DNA of 64,000 nt, taken from the NCBI GenBank assembly GCA_028023455.1, contig JAQFVV010000004.1, positions 25,420,001 through 25,484,000 on the forward strand. The letters are read 5' to 3'. The position numbers were made by a program, and so were the translations under genes. Within the stretch, counting starts at the first letter, position 1. Every line of letters starts with the position of its first letter. This stretch comes from Epiperipatus broadwayi (taxonomy: Eukaryota > Animalia > Onychophora). Shown piece by piece: positions 12,216-25,707 of the stretch. The notes beneath the pieces were generated by a model. The model did not search any database, was not told the origin of the DNA, and saw only the letters and a program-made list of their open reading frames with translations.

Positions 12216-13649
12216 TGTTATATGAATTTTTATTTTATATATATATATATTCCAACATTTAGCTTTGACAGATAAATTTTTTTACCAAGACATCTAAAAA
12301 ATATATATATATAGCTTAATTTTGCTTTAAGTAAACTATCATTAATACTTTATAGTGCTATAATTATTACATGATAAAGCTGCTATATCAATATTTATCT
12401 ATTATCCAGCTGTAAAAATAATTTTTACACAGCTTAAATAATGAGTTTTAATTTAAATAAATGTTTCAGATAGAGTTAAGAATGTTAATTTAGTTTTAGT
12501 TTATCTGTCAAAATGTTTTAAAAAGCCTATAGTAATTTTAAAAATTAAGAAACTAAGTTCAAACTCTATATTTTGGTTTGCTAGTGTTTAAACCTAAAGC
12601 AATAATATTTCATTAACTTTGATTGTAAAACAAAATACTCTATTTAAACATTGTTTTAAAACTCATTTAATCAGAGAGGAGTTTAAAGTAAAGTTAATAA
12701 TTAAAGATAAAATTTTAAAGCAATGAATAAATGTTGAATATGTGGATAAATATTATATTTATTTAATATTAGTTTAAATATTCTTAAAAAATAATTTTAA
12801 AATCTATTTTGAGATATTAGATTTAAAAGAGTAATAAATAAATGTATCAAATTGTGTAAATATGTGATTGGTTAAAGATGTAACATACATTTTTAATATG
12901 TAATATTTTTATTTTATCTTCTGTAATTTTTAAGTGCTTATTTTGATTCAAACCAGGAAGTGTTTTTAATTAATTTTAAGTGTCTAGACAAAAATTGATT
13001 TATTGCAAAATTAATTAAATAATTTTTGAGTAACAACATTCCCATAGAAGATTTTGTTTTAAATTTAGAAATTGAATTAAACACTTCAGTAATTTAATTT
13101 TTTTTAACATCAATACTCCAACAATTCTCTTTACTAAATTTAGTATCAATCATATTATTACCAGAAATATCTAAATATATATCAGTAAAATGATTATTCA
13201 TAAAAGACTGAATTATATTATATCTATAACTCTTATTTCCAATAATATTAAAAACTTTAGCATAAATCCAAAACATTTGTAAATTATGTCTATATATTTT
13301 TTCAACAGTATTTAAATTATTATCAAAATATTTTGTCATAAGAGTCTATTTCTTATAAAACCATATATCATTACTTAATTTATATAACAGATTATATTTA
13401 TGTTTTTCTATATAAACACATAAACAGTTCCTTAAAAAAACATTTAGCATATTTATTAGTGGTATTCAAATAATGCCTAAGAGGTATATATTGATTTAGA
13501 CAATATTGAAACATACTAATGAATTTAGCTGTAGCTATATTTGGATCATTTTCTCTAAAAATTATATTACAATCAATACTTCTAGGAATTCTATGAAGAT
13601 CATAGTAAACACAATGTTTATAACCACTATTATTATTTGTTATAGGCTT

Positions 13650-14060
13650 TATATGTTTCTTAAGAATGCTCTATTACAAATTCCAAACCAGGATGATAAG
13701 GATCCAGAGGTAAAAGAACTTGATTAGTCTTTTAACACTTCAAATTGGCTTTAGTGTTAAACAATAAATCCAACACACTATCTCTAAAATTAGTAATGTT
13801 ATTAAGTTGAGTTAATCTAACCAACTCAGCAAAAAATTTTAATCAAGTTTATTATTATTATCAACAGTCTTGTTACTATGTAGTGAATAATCAACTTCAT
13901 TAAAATCACCAACTATAATAATATTATATTTATATTTTACAAATATATCCTTAACCTTAATCAAATGTGTCTAGATCACTCAATGATAAAGTATGTCAAA
14001 GATATATAGTGACCCAATAATATTTTTACTTTTTAAACTGTCAATCCTAAAAGGATTTTA
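13650..14060 (-). mobile_element. Decayed LINE APE-endonuclease fragment (Jockey-like)
   Basis: The minus strand translates NITNFRDSVLDLLFNT...LLPLDPYHPGLEF (LDL-F and D--HP motifs), with stops. Confidence 0.4.
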
Positions 14061-15569
14061 ATACCAATCAAGGAATCACGTTCTTTTGTTTTGCTAGTAT
14101 AATTTTTATTACGTCTTCTATTATTATTATTATCATCATCATGACAATGATGATGGAATAATTTCTTGCTAATGAGTTTGTAAAAAGTTTGAAAACTGAA
14201 AGTGATAAAGATAGAGTCATGTTTTAAGAACTTTGAGCTCAAAGTTTTCTACTCTATCATAGCAATAAAACATTCATGGCAAATAATCAAATGTTTCATT
14301 GCACTAAATTATGTAGGGCAAAAATGATAATATTAATTAAAACTTATATTTTTTAAATTATAATAAAGTGGTAAAAATAGTATTTCCCTATGGTTTATAC
14401 AAGCAAAAAAAATTCCAATAAAGGTAAACTCTTGAATTCAGTAATTATAAAAACGTGGTGTCTTTGCCAACAATACTGAGACCAACAATATATTACAAGG
14501 GTATTTTTTGTTAAAGTCATTAGCACATTTACTCTCAACTGATAAACCCAGATTAGCTTTTACTTTTTATTTAATAATTAAATAACCACTTATAAATCAA
14601 AAATCTACATAGAAGATAAACCCTAAATATGCATGTATCCTGAAAAATTTCCCAGGCTCATCCAGTACAAAACCTGAATGTTTGATCCCAGGCATCACAA
14701 ATACAAATATGTGATACAAACATTTAAGTTTAAAATAATAATGTTTATTTAAAATTTCTCTATGCAATACAATAAAGCATAATTAATGTTGATTTTTATA
14801 CCAATCAAAAATTATTAGAATATTTACTATTCAGGTATAGAATATATTGCATAAAAATGTGAAATTTAAATATTTCAATATTTAAACAAGTTCTCATTTG
14901 AGTTTTCTATAAAGGATTTTAAACTTTATATCTAAAACTCATTGTATTCTTATATGTAATAAGAAACCAATTATTCATAAATATATTTTGTGTGACTTTG
15001 AAATTAAATCATTTTCTATTGATTTTATCATGTCTCAAATACAGATAATTTTATAATTTGGATATCAATTATTTATATTATTTGCATATTTTATGCCAAA
15101 TACCAACACATCACTTGATTATTTTCCATCTTGCTATAGTATAAAACAAGCTTTTCTCCTCTCTGTATTCATGTGCCATTTATTGTAAAAAAAAAAAAAG
15201 TAAATAATCAATAGTTATTAGTGAACAAAATTTTGAAAGGATTTTAATTTCAGATTATTAATTTGATAGTAAAAAAATTAAAGGTAGCTTTCAAATGAAT
15301 AACTTTATTAGTTTTTACTTTGAAATCCAAGTTAATATTGATATGACAAAAACTAGAAACCTGTCTAGGAATAGCGATTAAATTGAATTACCATATTGTG
15401 ATCATTGATTACTTAAACTTATAGATGACATTAGAGTAGACATAAAGAAAGGGAAGATGGTTTTGATGCTAAATAATAATTAAAAAAATATGAAAAAAAA
15501 AATTAATTTTAGGTTTTATGTTAAACAACCAACAAATAAAATTTTTATCAAAACAACAAAAAAATAGTT

Positions 15570-16833
15570 CAAAATCAATTAGTCAATCAATCAACAGCAT
15601 TCTAACACTTGAACAGATCCAGAGAGCAATATTTCATCACTTTATTCTCTTCATTGCCCAGCTCTTCAGTTCCACAAAACTATTCCCATCTTTTATACTA
15701 CCCAAAAATGTCAATCTCTTCCATCTTTTCATATTTCCATTCACCATTCTCTCCAAAATATCTTTCATTAAACTATACTTTCTTTGTAATATATGTCCAA
15801 TCCAGTTTCTAATTTCCTCAATCAAACTTTTTTTTTTCATTTATTCTTTTCAAAACTTCATTTGTTATTTTATTCATCTAACTGATTTTCCCTTTCTTTT
15901 CCATGTCCACATCTCAAAGATTTCCAATCAGTTTGTAATTTTATTACTCAATTTCCACATTTCAGAAACATAGAATAATACACTCCATACATAGCATTTA
16001 ATTAATTTTTTCTTCCTATTTTCTCTTCAAAGATTTACAAAATATTTTCTTTCTCCTAGCAAATGCCTTATTTTTCAATGCTATTCTTGTTTTAACTTCA
16101 TTTTTACTTCTTTTATCTTCATTCAACCAACTACCCAAATATCTAAACTTCTTTAACTGCTGAATTATATTATCACAGATTTTAACTTTAGTCTTTTTGC
16201 ATTCCTAACTATCCATAAACTCTTGGTTTCTCAACATTATTTTTTTCTAATTTATTCAACACATTCTCAAGACACTTTTCATCCTTAGTTAAAAGCCATG
16301 TCATTGGCAAATACATTTTACATACATACCTTCAATATTTGTTTCTATCACAGTCTAAATAATTATTTAATTATTTAATATGTCTTCTAATTAAATATTA
16401 AAAAAAGCAAGTAACATACATAACCTTGTCTAACTCCTTTTTCTTTATTTACTCCATCAGTATCATTATTCTCTAATCTAATTATTTATTATCTTTTAAT
16501 GAGTATACATATTTCAAATCAATTTTTTCTCTTTTCAAAAATTTATTCAAATCACAAAACATACATCAATTATTTTTTTCAGTACATCTGTCTGTAATTG
16601 TTCTAATAATACCAATAGCTTCTTTTGTACTTTTCCCTCTCTGAAAACCAAACTATTCTCCAATATAATATTCTACCTTTCTACAAATTCTTTGAATTAT
16701 AACCCACAATAAAATATTAGAAGTCTGAGATAACAAACTTATTGTCTTGCATCCTTCACATTTAATGGCTTTTTTTCTTTTTAGCCATTGCAATTATTAT
16801 AGTCCTCAAAAAATCTTCAGGCCATACTCCGTT
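15570..16833 (-). mobile_element. Old RTE-like LINE, 3' part of RT (copy 1)
   Basis: GVWPEDFLRTIIIAMAKK at the start and RNWIGHILQRK...ILE..VNG near the end; heavily decayed. Confidence 0.7.
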
Positions 16834-19265
16834 CATTATCATCATCATCATCAATCATTATCAATCCACTGCAGGATGAAGGTCTCTCCAAGTTTAATCC
16901 ATCTTCTCCGATCTTTAGCTTCTCTTCTCCACAACACCCCTGCACATTTTCTTATTTCATCCATCCATCTCACATGTGGTCTCTTTCTGGGTCTTTTACA
17001 ATCTCTTGGAATCCAGTTTAAAATTTCAATTGTCCATCTATTATCATCTCTTCTAGCAATATGTCCAGCCCAACTCCATTTCAATCTTTTAATTTTTTCA
17101 ATAAGGTCAGTAACACCTGTTTGTTGTCTTACCCATACATTGCGTTTTCGATCTCTTCTTGTTACTCCCAACATACATCTCTCCATACTCCTTTGAGTGG
17201 TCTGAAGTCTCTGTATTGCTCTTCTATTAAGTTTCCAAGTCTCAGATCCATAAGTAAGAACTGGTAAAACACATTTGTTAAAAACCATCCTTTTCAAACA
17301 CATAGGCATATTTCCTTTTAGTATCAAGTTATTTCTACCAAAAGCACTCCAACCAAGTTTAATTCTATGATTAATTTCATCCATTATGTTTCCATCTGTA
17401 TTAATAATCTGACCAAGGTGTTTGTAACTGTTAACTTCTTCTAACTCATCATAATCAATCTTTATTTTCATATTTTGAGCAAATCGATTAAACATTACTT
17501 TAGTCTTTTTAACATTTATCTTTAGTCCTATTTTTCTACTTTCATCTGCTAACTCCTGCAACATTTCCTGCAGCTCTGAAGCATTATTTGCAAAAACAAC
17601 TACATCATCTGCAAAATCTAAATGACTTAAATACTCTCCATTTACTTTCACTCCTTTAGTTTCCCATTTTAATCCACAAAATACTTCTTGTAGCACTGCT
17701 GTAAAGAGTTTTGGAGATATGGAGTCACCTTGTCTTACACCTTTCTCAATGTTGATTTTTCCAGTATCATTATGTAATCTAATTGTTGCTGTTGCATTTT
17801 TATAAATATTCTTTAAAATATGACAATATCCTGGATCTATACCTTGATGATCCAATGCTTTAATCACTGAAGAAATGTGTATAGAATCGAATGCCTTTTC
17901 ATATTCTACAAATCCAAAACATAATGACAACTCATATTCGTTTGTCCTTTCTATGACTTCTCTCAATACCTGGATATGATCTATTGTACTAAAACCACTT
18001 TTAAATCCAGTTTGTTCTCTTGGTTGGTGGAAATCCAAAGTTCTCTGTAGATGAGTTGTAATTATCTTGGTAAAATTTTTTATATAAAACTGATAAAAGG
18101 CTGATAGGTCTGTAATTTCTAATATCTTCTTTATCACCTTTTTTAAATATTAATATTATTACTGCATTCTTCCAATCTTCCAGTACATCTTTATCATTTA
18201 GACATTTGGTATATAACTTTGCTAAAATTGTTTCTATTTCTTCACCTGCTTCTTTTGGATATATCAATTATAATTCCATCATTACCTGGAGCCTTTCCTT
18301 TCTTCATACACTTAATTGCATGTCTCACTTCTTCATTTAAAATTCTGGGCAATTCGGAAGATGTAATAGATATAGGAGGTACTTGTTCTTTATTACTATA
18401 TAATTCTTGATAAAAATCTTCTACCAATTTCATGATGTCATCTCTCTTTTTAGTAATAATTCCATCTTTTTTTCTTATTGCAGATATAAATTTCCTACCA
18501 ATACCATAATGTTGTTTAACATTTTTGAGACTTTTATTTTCTTCTACAGCTTTCCTTGCTATTTCACAGTTATATTTTCTTATATCATTTTCAACTCTTT
18601 TCCGTACCATTTTACAAAATTCGAGATATTCAATTCTTTTTAATACATCATTTTTGTATATCTTCATATTCCTTCTTTTCTTCATAAATTCTCTAGTCTC
18701 AGTAGAAATTTTATTAGTCAATTGCTGCTTTTTTCTACCAGCTATGTTTGTTGCAGTTTTTAAAAGTGTATCAGTTACTTTCATATTAATTTCATTCAAA
18801 TCTGTATCATGTTCAAAATCTCCTAACACTTGAAACCTATTTGTAAGTTCTAATTTAAATTCATTAGAATGGTTCTGAAGATTAGGAATATCAACTGTAA
18901 ATATTGTTTTTCTTAATAATTTTTGTCTTTCTAGTTTTACATTAGCACGTAACTTACACCTTACTAATCGATGATCACTTCCTGTGTTAAATTTATTAAG
19001 AACATTACAATCTTGAAATATGTATTTTCTGTTAGTCAAAATATAATCCAATTCTGCTGTACCTTCATTTGGATGCTTCCATGTCCATTTCCTTTTAACA
19101 TTTTTCTCAAAAAATGAATTCATAATATAAAGTTTTTCTTTTTCTGCAAACTCCACAAGTCTATGTCCTCTCTCATTTCCATTACCATAACCAAAATTAC
19201 CTACAGCAATTTCATCTTTCATTTGTTTACCAATTCTAGCATTAAAGTCTCCCATAACAATTTTA
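16834..19265 (-). mobile_element. Young RTE-clade LINE, 5' part lost in the assembly gap
   Basis: ORF fragments 18242-19265, 18001-18267 and 16851-18137 contain RT motifs ([22 protein letters not shown]), followed by a (GAT)n tail. Confidence 0.95.
16851..18137 (-). pseudogene. RTE reverse transcriptase, frameshifted C-terminal part
   Basis: 428-aa ORF with RT domains 2-7; upstream frameshifts. Confidence 0.9.
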
Positions 19266-19765
19266 NNNNNNNNNNNNNNNNNNNNNNNNNNNNNNNNNNN
19301 NNNNNNNNNNNNNNNNNNNNNNNNNNNNNNNNNNNNNNNNNNNNNNNNNNNNNNNNNNNNNNNNNNNNNNNNNNNNNNNNNNNNNNNNNNNNNNNNNNNN
19401 NNNNNNNNNNNNNNNNNNNNNNNNNNNNNNNNNNNNNNNNNNNNNNNNNNNNNNNNNNNNNNNNNNNNNNNNNNNNNNNNNNNNNNNNNNNNNNNNNNNN
19501 NNNNNNNNNNNNNNNNNNNNNNNNNNNNNNNNNNNNNNNNNNNNNNNNNNNNNNNNNNNNNNNNNNNNNNNNNNNNNNNNNNNNNNNNNNNNNNNNNNNN
19601 NNNNNNNNNNNNNNNNNNNNNNNNNNNNNNNNNNNNNNNNNNNNNNNNNNNNNNNNNNNNNNNNNNNNNNNNNNNNNNNNNNNNNNNNNNNNNNNNNNNN
19701 NNNNNNNNNNNNNNNNNNNNNNNNNNNNNNNNNNNNNNNNNNNNNNNNNNNNNNNNNNNNNNNNN
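19266..19765. other. Assembly gap (500 N)
   Basis: Run of N. Confidence 1.
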
Positions 19766-21151
19766 TAGCTCATAGAGTAGCTTGATAAAGATAGAGTCAT
19801 GTTTTAAGAACTTTGAGCTCAAAGTTTTCTACTCTATCATAGCAATAAAACATTCATGGCAAATAATCAAATGTTTCATTGCACTAAATTATGTAGGGCA
19901 AAAATGATAATATTAATTAAAACTTATATTTTTTAAATTATAATAAAGTGGTAAAAATAGTATTTCCCTATGGTTTATACAAGCAAAAAAAATTCCAATA
20001 AAGGTAAACTCTTGAATTCAGTAATTATAAAAATGTGGTGTCTTTGCCAACAATACTGAGACCAACAATATATTACAAGGGTATTTTTTGTTAAAGTCAT
20101 TAGCACATTTACTCTCAACTGATAAACCCAGATTAGCTTTTACTTTTTATTTAATAATTAAATAACCACTTACAAATCAAAAATCTACATAGAAGATAAA
20201 CCCTAAATATGCATGTATTCTGAAAAATTTCCCAGGCTCACCCAGTACAAAACCTGAATGTTTGATCCCAGGCATCACAAATACAAATATGTGATACAAA
20301 CATTTAAGTTTAAAATAATAATGTTTATTTAAAATTTCTCTATGCAATACAATAAAGCATAATTAATGTTGATTTTTATACCAATCAAAAATTATTAGAA
20401 TATTTCTATTCAGGTATAGAATATATTGCATAAAAATATGAAATTTAAATATTTCAATATTTAAACAAGTTCTCATTTGAGCTTTCTATAAAGGATTTTA
20501 AACTTTATATCTAAAACTCATTGTATTCTTATATGTAATAAGAAACCAATTATTCATAAATATATTTTGTGTGACTTTGAAATTAAATCATTTTCTATTG
20601 ATTTTATCATGTCTCAAATACAGATAATTTTATAATTTGGATATCAATTATTTATATTATTTGCATATTTTATGCCAAATACCAACACACCACTTGATTT
20701 TTTTCCATCTTGCTATAGTATAAAACAAGCTTTTCTCCTCTCTGTATTCATGTGCCATTTATTGTAAAAAAAAAAAAAGTAAATAATCAATAGTTATTAG
20801 TGAACAAAATTTTGAGAGGATTTTAATTTCAGATTATTAATTTGATAGTAAAAAAATTAAAGGTAGCTTTCAAATGAATAACTTTATTAGTTTTTACTTT
20901 GAAATCCAAGTTAATATTGATATGACAAAAACTAGAAACCTGTCTAGGAATAGCGATTAAATTGAATTACCATATTGTAATCATTGATTACTTAAACTTA
21001 TAGTAGATGACATTAGAGTAGACATAAAGAAAGGGAAGATGGTTTTGATGCTAAATAATAATTAAAAAAATATGAAAAAAAAAATTAATTTTAGGTTTTA
21101 TGTTAAACAACCAACAAATAAAATTTTTATCAAAACAACAAAAAAAAAGTT

Positions 21152-22410
21152 CAAAATCAATTAGTCAATCAATCAACAGCATTCTATCACTTGAACAGAT
21201 CCAGAGAGCAATATTTCATCACTCCATTCTTTTCATTGCCCAGCTCTTCAGTTCCACAAAACTATTCCCATCTTTTATACTACCCAAAAATGTCAATCTC
21301 TTCCATCTTTTCATGTTTCCATTCACCATTCTCTCCAAAATATCTTTCATTAAACTATACTTTCTTTGTAATATATGTCCAATCCAGTTTCTAATTTCCT
21401 CAATCAAACTTTTTTTTTTCATTTATTCTTTTCAAAACTTCATTTGTCATTTTATTCATCTAACTAATTTTCCCTTTCTTCTCCATGTCCACATCTCAAA
21501 GATTTCCAATCAGTTTGTAATTTTATTACTCAATTTCCACATTTCAGAAACATAGAATAATACACTCCATACATGGCATTTAATTAATTTTTTTTTCCTA
21601 TTTTCTCTTCAAAGATTTACAAAATATTTTCTTTCTCCTAGAAAATGCCTTATTTTTCAATGCTATTCTTGTTTTAACTTCATTTTTACTTCTTTTATCT
21701 TCATTCAACCAACTACCCAAATATCTAAACTTCTTTAACTGCTGAATTATATTATCACAGATTTCAACTTTAGTCTTTTTGCATTCCTAACTATCCATAA
21801 ACTCTTGGTTTCTCAACATTATTTTTTTCTAATTTATTCAACACATTCTCAAGACACTTTTCATCCTCAGTTAAAAGCCATGTCATTGGCAGATACATTT
21901 TACATACATACCTTCAATATTTGTTTCTACCACAGTCTAAATAATTATTTAATTATTTAACATGTCTTCTAATTAAATATTAAAAAAACAAGTAACATAC
22001 ATAACCTTGTCTAACGCCTTTTTCTTTATTTACTCCATTAGTATCATTATTCTCCAATCTAATTATTATCTTTTAATGAGTATACATATTTCAAATCAAT
22101 TTTTTCTCTTTTCAAAAATTTATTCAAATCACAAAATATACATCAATTATTTTTTTCAGTACATCTGTCTGTAATTGTTCCAATAACACCAATAGCTTCT
22201 TTTGTACTTTTCCCTCTCTGAAAACCAAACTATTCTCCAATATAATATTCTAGCTTTCTACAAATTCTTTGAATTATAACGCACAATAAAATATTAGAAG
22301 TCTGAGATAACAAACTTATTGTCTTGCATCCTTCACATTTAATGGCTTTTTTTCTTTTTAGCCATTGCAATTATTATAGTCCTCAAAAAATCTTCAGGTC
22401 ATACTCCGTT
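21152..22410 (-). mobile_element. Old RTE-like LINE, 3' part (copy 2), continued at 25708-27440
   Basis: Same sequence as 15570-16833. The reading EKIVGLCNLICN|NGVWPEDF joins across the young RTE insertion. Confidence 0.75.
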
Positions 22411-22428
22411 CATCATCATCCATCATCA

Positions 22429-23178
22429 TCAACCATTATCAATCCACTGCAGGATGAAGGTCTCTCCAAGTTTAATCCATCTTCTCCGATCTTTAGCTTC
22501 TCTTCTCCACAACACCCCTGCACATTTTCTTATTTCATCCATCCATCTCACATGTGGTCTCTTTCTGGGTCTTTTACAATCTCTTGGAATCCAGTTTAAA
22601 ATTTCAATTGTCCATCTATTATCATCTCTTCTAGCAATATGTCCAGCCCAACTCCATTTCAATCTTTTAATTTTTTCAATAAGGTCAGTAACATCTGTTT
22701 GTTGTCTTACCCATACATAGCGTTTTCGATCTCTTCTTGTTACTCCCAACATACATCTCTCCATACTCCTTTGAGTGGTCTGAAGTCTCTGTATTGCTCT
22801 TCTATTAAGTGTCCAAGTCTCAGATCCATAAGTAAGAACTGGTAAAACACATTTGTTAAAAACCATCCTTTTCAAACACATAGGCATATTTCCTTTTAGT
22901 ATCAAGTTATTTCTACCAAAAGCACTCCAACCAAGTTTAATTCTATGATTAATTTCCTCCATTATGTTTCCATCTGTATTAATAATCTGACCAAGATATT
23001 TGTAACTGTTAACTTCTTCTAATTCTTCATAATCAATCTTTATTTTCATATTTTGAGCAAATCGATTAAACATTACTTTAGTCTTTTTAACATTTATCTT
23101 TAGTCCTACTTTTCTACTTTCATCTGCTAACTCCTGCAACATTTCCTGCAGCTCTGAAGCATTATTTTGCAAAAACAA
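22429..23178 (-). CDS. RTE reverse transcriptase, C-terminal part
   Basis: 249 aa continuing the frameshifted ORF ([22 protein letters not shown]). Confidence 0.9.
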   Translation of the reverse strand: MFLQNNASELQEMLQELADESRKVGLKINVKKTKVMFNRFAQNMKIKIDYEELEEVNSYKYLGQIINTDGNIMEEINHRIKLGWSAFGRNNLILKGNMPMCLKRMVFNKCVLPVLTYGSETWTLNRRAIQRLQTTQRSMERCMLGVTRRDRKRYVWVRQQTDVTDLIEKIKRLKWSWAGHIARRDDNRWTIEILNWIPRDCKRPRKRPHVRWMDEIRKCAGVLWRREAKDRRRWIKLGETFILQWIDNG

Positions 23179-25201
23179 CTACATCATCTGCAAAATCTAA
23201 ATGACTTAAATACTCTCCATTTACTTTCACTCCTTTAGTTTCCCATTTTAATCCACAAAATACTTCTTGCAGCACTGCTGTAAAGAGTTTTGGAGATATG
23301 GAGTCACCTTGTCTTACACCTTTCTCAATGTTGATTTTTCCAGTATCATTATGTAATCTAATTGTTGCTGTTGCATTTTTATAAATATTCTTTAAAATAT
23401 GACAATATCCTGGATCTATACCTCGATGATCCAATGCTTTAATCACTGAAGAAATGTGTATAGAATCGAATGCCTTTTCATAATCTACAAATCCAAAACA
23501 TAATGACAACTCATATTCATTTGTCCTTTCTATGACTTCTCTCAATACCTGGATATGATCTATTGTACTAAAACCACTTTTAAATCCAGCTTGTTCTCTT
23601 GGTTGGTGGAGATCCAAAGTTCTCTGTAGACGAGTTGTAATTATCTTGGTAAAAATTTTATATAAAACTGATAAAAGGCTGATAGGTCTGTAATTTCTAA
23701 TATCTTCTTTATCACCTTTTTTAAATATTAATATTATTACTGCATTCTTCCAATCTTCCAGTACATCTTTATCATTTAGACATTTGGTATATAACTTTGC
23801 TAAAATTGTTTCTATTTCTTCACCTGCTTCTTTTAATATATCAATTATAATTCCATCATTTCCTGGAGCCTTTCCTTTCTTCATACACTTAATTGCATGT
23901 CTCACTTCTTCATTTAAAATTCTGGGCAATTCGGAAGATGTAATAGATATAGGAGGTACTTGTTCTTTATTACTATATAATTCTTGATAAAAATCTTCTA
24001 CCAATTTCATGATGTCATCTCTCTTTTTAGTAATAATTCCATCTTTTTTTCTTATTGCAGATATAAATTTCCTACCAATACCAAAATGTTGTTTAACATT
24101 TTTGAGACTTTTATTTTCTTCTACAGCTTTCCTTGCTATTTCACAGTTATACTTTCTTATATCATTTTCAACTCTTTTCCATACCATTTTACAAAATTCG
24201 AGATATTCAATTCTTTTTAATACATCATTTTTGTATATCTTCATATTCCTTCTTTTCTTCATAAATTCTCTAGTCTCAGTAGAAATTTTATTAGTCAATT
24301 GCTGCTTTTTTCTACCAGCTATGTTTGTTGCAGTTTTTAAAAGTGTATCAGTTATTTTCATATTAATTTCATTCAAATATGTATCATGTTCAAAATCTCC
24401 TAACACTTGAAACCTATTTGTAAGTTCTAATTTAAATTCATTAGAATGTTTCTGAAGATTAGGAATATCAACTGTAAATATTGTTTTTCTTAATAATTTT
24501 TGTCTCTCTAGTTTTACATTAACACGTAACTTACATCTTACTAATCGATGATCACTTCCTGTGTTAAATTTATTAAGAACATTACAATCTTGAAATATGT
24601 ATTTTCTGTTAGTCAAAATATAATCCAATTCTGCTGTACCTTCATTTGGATGCTTCCATGTCCATTTCCTTTTAACATTTTTCTCAAAAAATGAATTCAT
24701 AATATAAAGTTTTTCTTTTTCTGCAAACTCCACAAGCCTATGTCCTCTCTCATTTCTATTACCATAACCAAAATTACCTACAGCAATTTCATCTTTCATT
24801 TGTCTACCAATTCTAGCATTAAAGTCTCCCATAACAATTTTAAAATGTTGTTTACTCTTATCAAAAGCCTTTTGTACATCCATATAAAAATCTTCTACTA
24901 CTTCATCAATATGAGAACTTGTTGGGGCATAAACCTGAATTATCTGCATTTGGTATCTGCTATTAAGTTGTATAACTAATCTTACCACTCTGTCTGATAC
25001 ACCATCAATCTCCACAATGTTGTTCTTCCACTTTTTATTTATAATGAATCCTACTCCACTTGTATTTTCAATATGTGTGCCTTTATAATAGAGTATATGT
25101 CCACTTTTTAAATCAATTGTTTCTTCTCCTTTTCTTCTAACTTCACAAAGTCCAATAATGTCCCATTTAATATAAGACAGTTCTTCTTCTAATTCTTGCA
25201 A
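23162..25201 (-). CDS. RTE endonuclease-reverse transcriptase, N-terminal part (frameshift near 23165)
   Basis: 679 aa with APE motifs (DIIGLCEVRR, IIQVYAPTS, VMGDFNARIG, LDYIL, SDHRLV) and RT through FADD. Confidence 0.9.
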   Translation of the reverse strand: MQELEEELSYIKWDIIGLCEVRRKGEETIDLKSGHILYYKGTHIENTSGVGFIINKKWKNNIVEIDGVSDRVVRLVIQLNSRYQMQIIQVYAPTSSHIDEVVEDFYMDVQKAFDKSKQHFKIVMGDFNARIGRQMKDEIAVGNFGYGNRNERGHRLVEFAEKEKLYIMNSFFEKNVKRKWTWKHPNEGTAELDYILTNRKYIFQDCNVLNKFNTGSDHRLVRCKLRVNVKLERQKLLRKTIFTVDIPNLQKHSNEFKLELTNRFQVLGDFEHDTYLNEINMKITDTLLKTATNIAGRKKQQLTNKISTETREFMKKRRNMKIYKNDVLKRIEYLEFCKMVWKRVENDIRKYNCEIARKAVEENKSLKNVKQHFGIGRKFISAIRKKDGIITKKRDDIMKLVEDFYQELYSNKEQVPPISITSSELPRILNEEVRHAIKCMKKGKAPGNDGIIIDILKEAGEEIETILAKLYTKCLNDKDVLEDWKNAVIILIFKKGDKEDIRNYRPISLLSVLYKIFTKIITTRLQRTLDLHQPREQAGFKSGFSTIDHIQVLREVIERTNEYELSLCFGFVDYEKAFDSIHISSVIKALDHRGIDPGYCHILKNIYKNATATIRLHNDTGKINIEKGVRQGDSISPKLFTAVLQEVFCGLKWETKGVKVNGEYLSHLDFADDVVVFAK

Positions 25202-25707
25202 TCTTCCTTCACTTGAAAGTTATTTGCAGTTGTAAGTACCTAAATAAAAAGTCGTCATCAAATGGCAGCCTGGGTCCACAATCAAGAAATTCTTAGCACC
25301 CTCTGCCTTTGGCCACCAACCGCTGCCTTGGTTGGTGACTTTACAGCCTCCTGGGAATAAGGGCCATGCTTTATTTTTGTCTATCATAATTGTATATATG
25401 TATTGGAAAAATATTTATCATTTACACAAACATTCATTCTGCCTTATCAGGCACTGAGAAGAAAAACCATGGTGTTTCTTGATCTTGAAGTCAGAGGTAA
25501 AAAGCCAATAAACTCACCACGCTGGCTAATGCGTGTTGGTGAGCAGCTCATCCATGTTCGTATACTATATGAATAATCACATAGTAATAACAGCTGCAAT
25601 GACAAGAATGTATGGAGTGGACATTAGGAATTTGCCCTGCATTCCTTTAAGGCCTCCAAGAGGAATCAAAGGGTCTCCTTTCAGTTAATAGCAAACTCCT
25701 TTCTGCA

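Larger units (their letters stand above)
14203..19265. repeat. Segment duplicated at 19783-24842 (copy 1)
   Basis: Near-identical to 19783-24842 at an offset of ~5.58 kb; ends at the N gap. Confidence 0.95.
19783..24842. repeat. Segment duplicated at 14203-19265 (copy 2)
   Basis: Starts TGATAAAGATAGAGTC, 17 bp after the gap, and is collinear with copy 1. Confidence 0.95.
22411..25707 (-). mobile_element. Full-length young RTE-clade LINE (~3.3 kb) with a 13-bp TSD
   Basis: TSD GCCATACTCCGTT at 25708-25720 and GTCATACTCCGTT at 22398-22410. It has a 5' UTR, an APE endonuclease plus RT ORF, and a (GAT)n tail. Confidence 0.95.

Noticed and set aside
15518-15973. 151-aa plus-strand ORF (and its duplicate at 21100-21555) and other ORFs antisense to LINEs
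   Set aside because: Shadow frames on the opposite strand of decayed or young RTE coding sequence.
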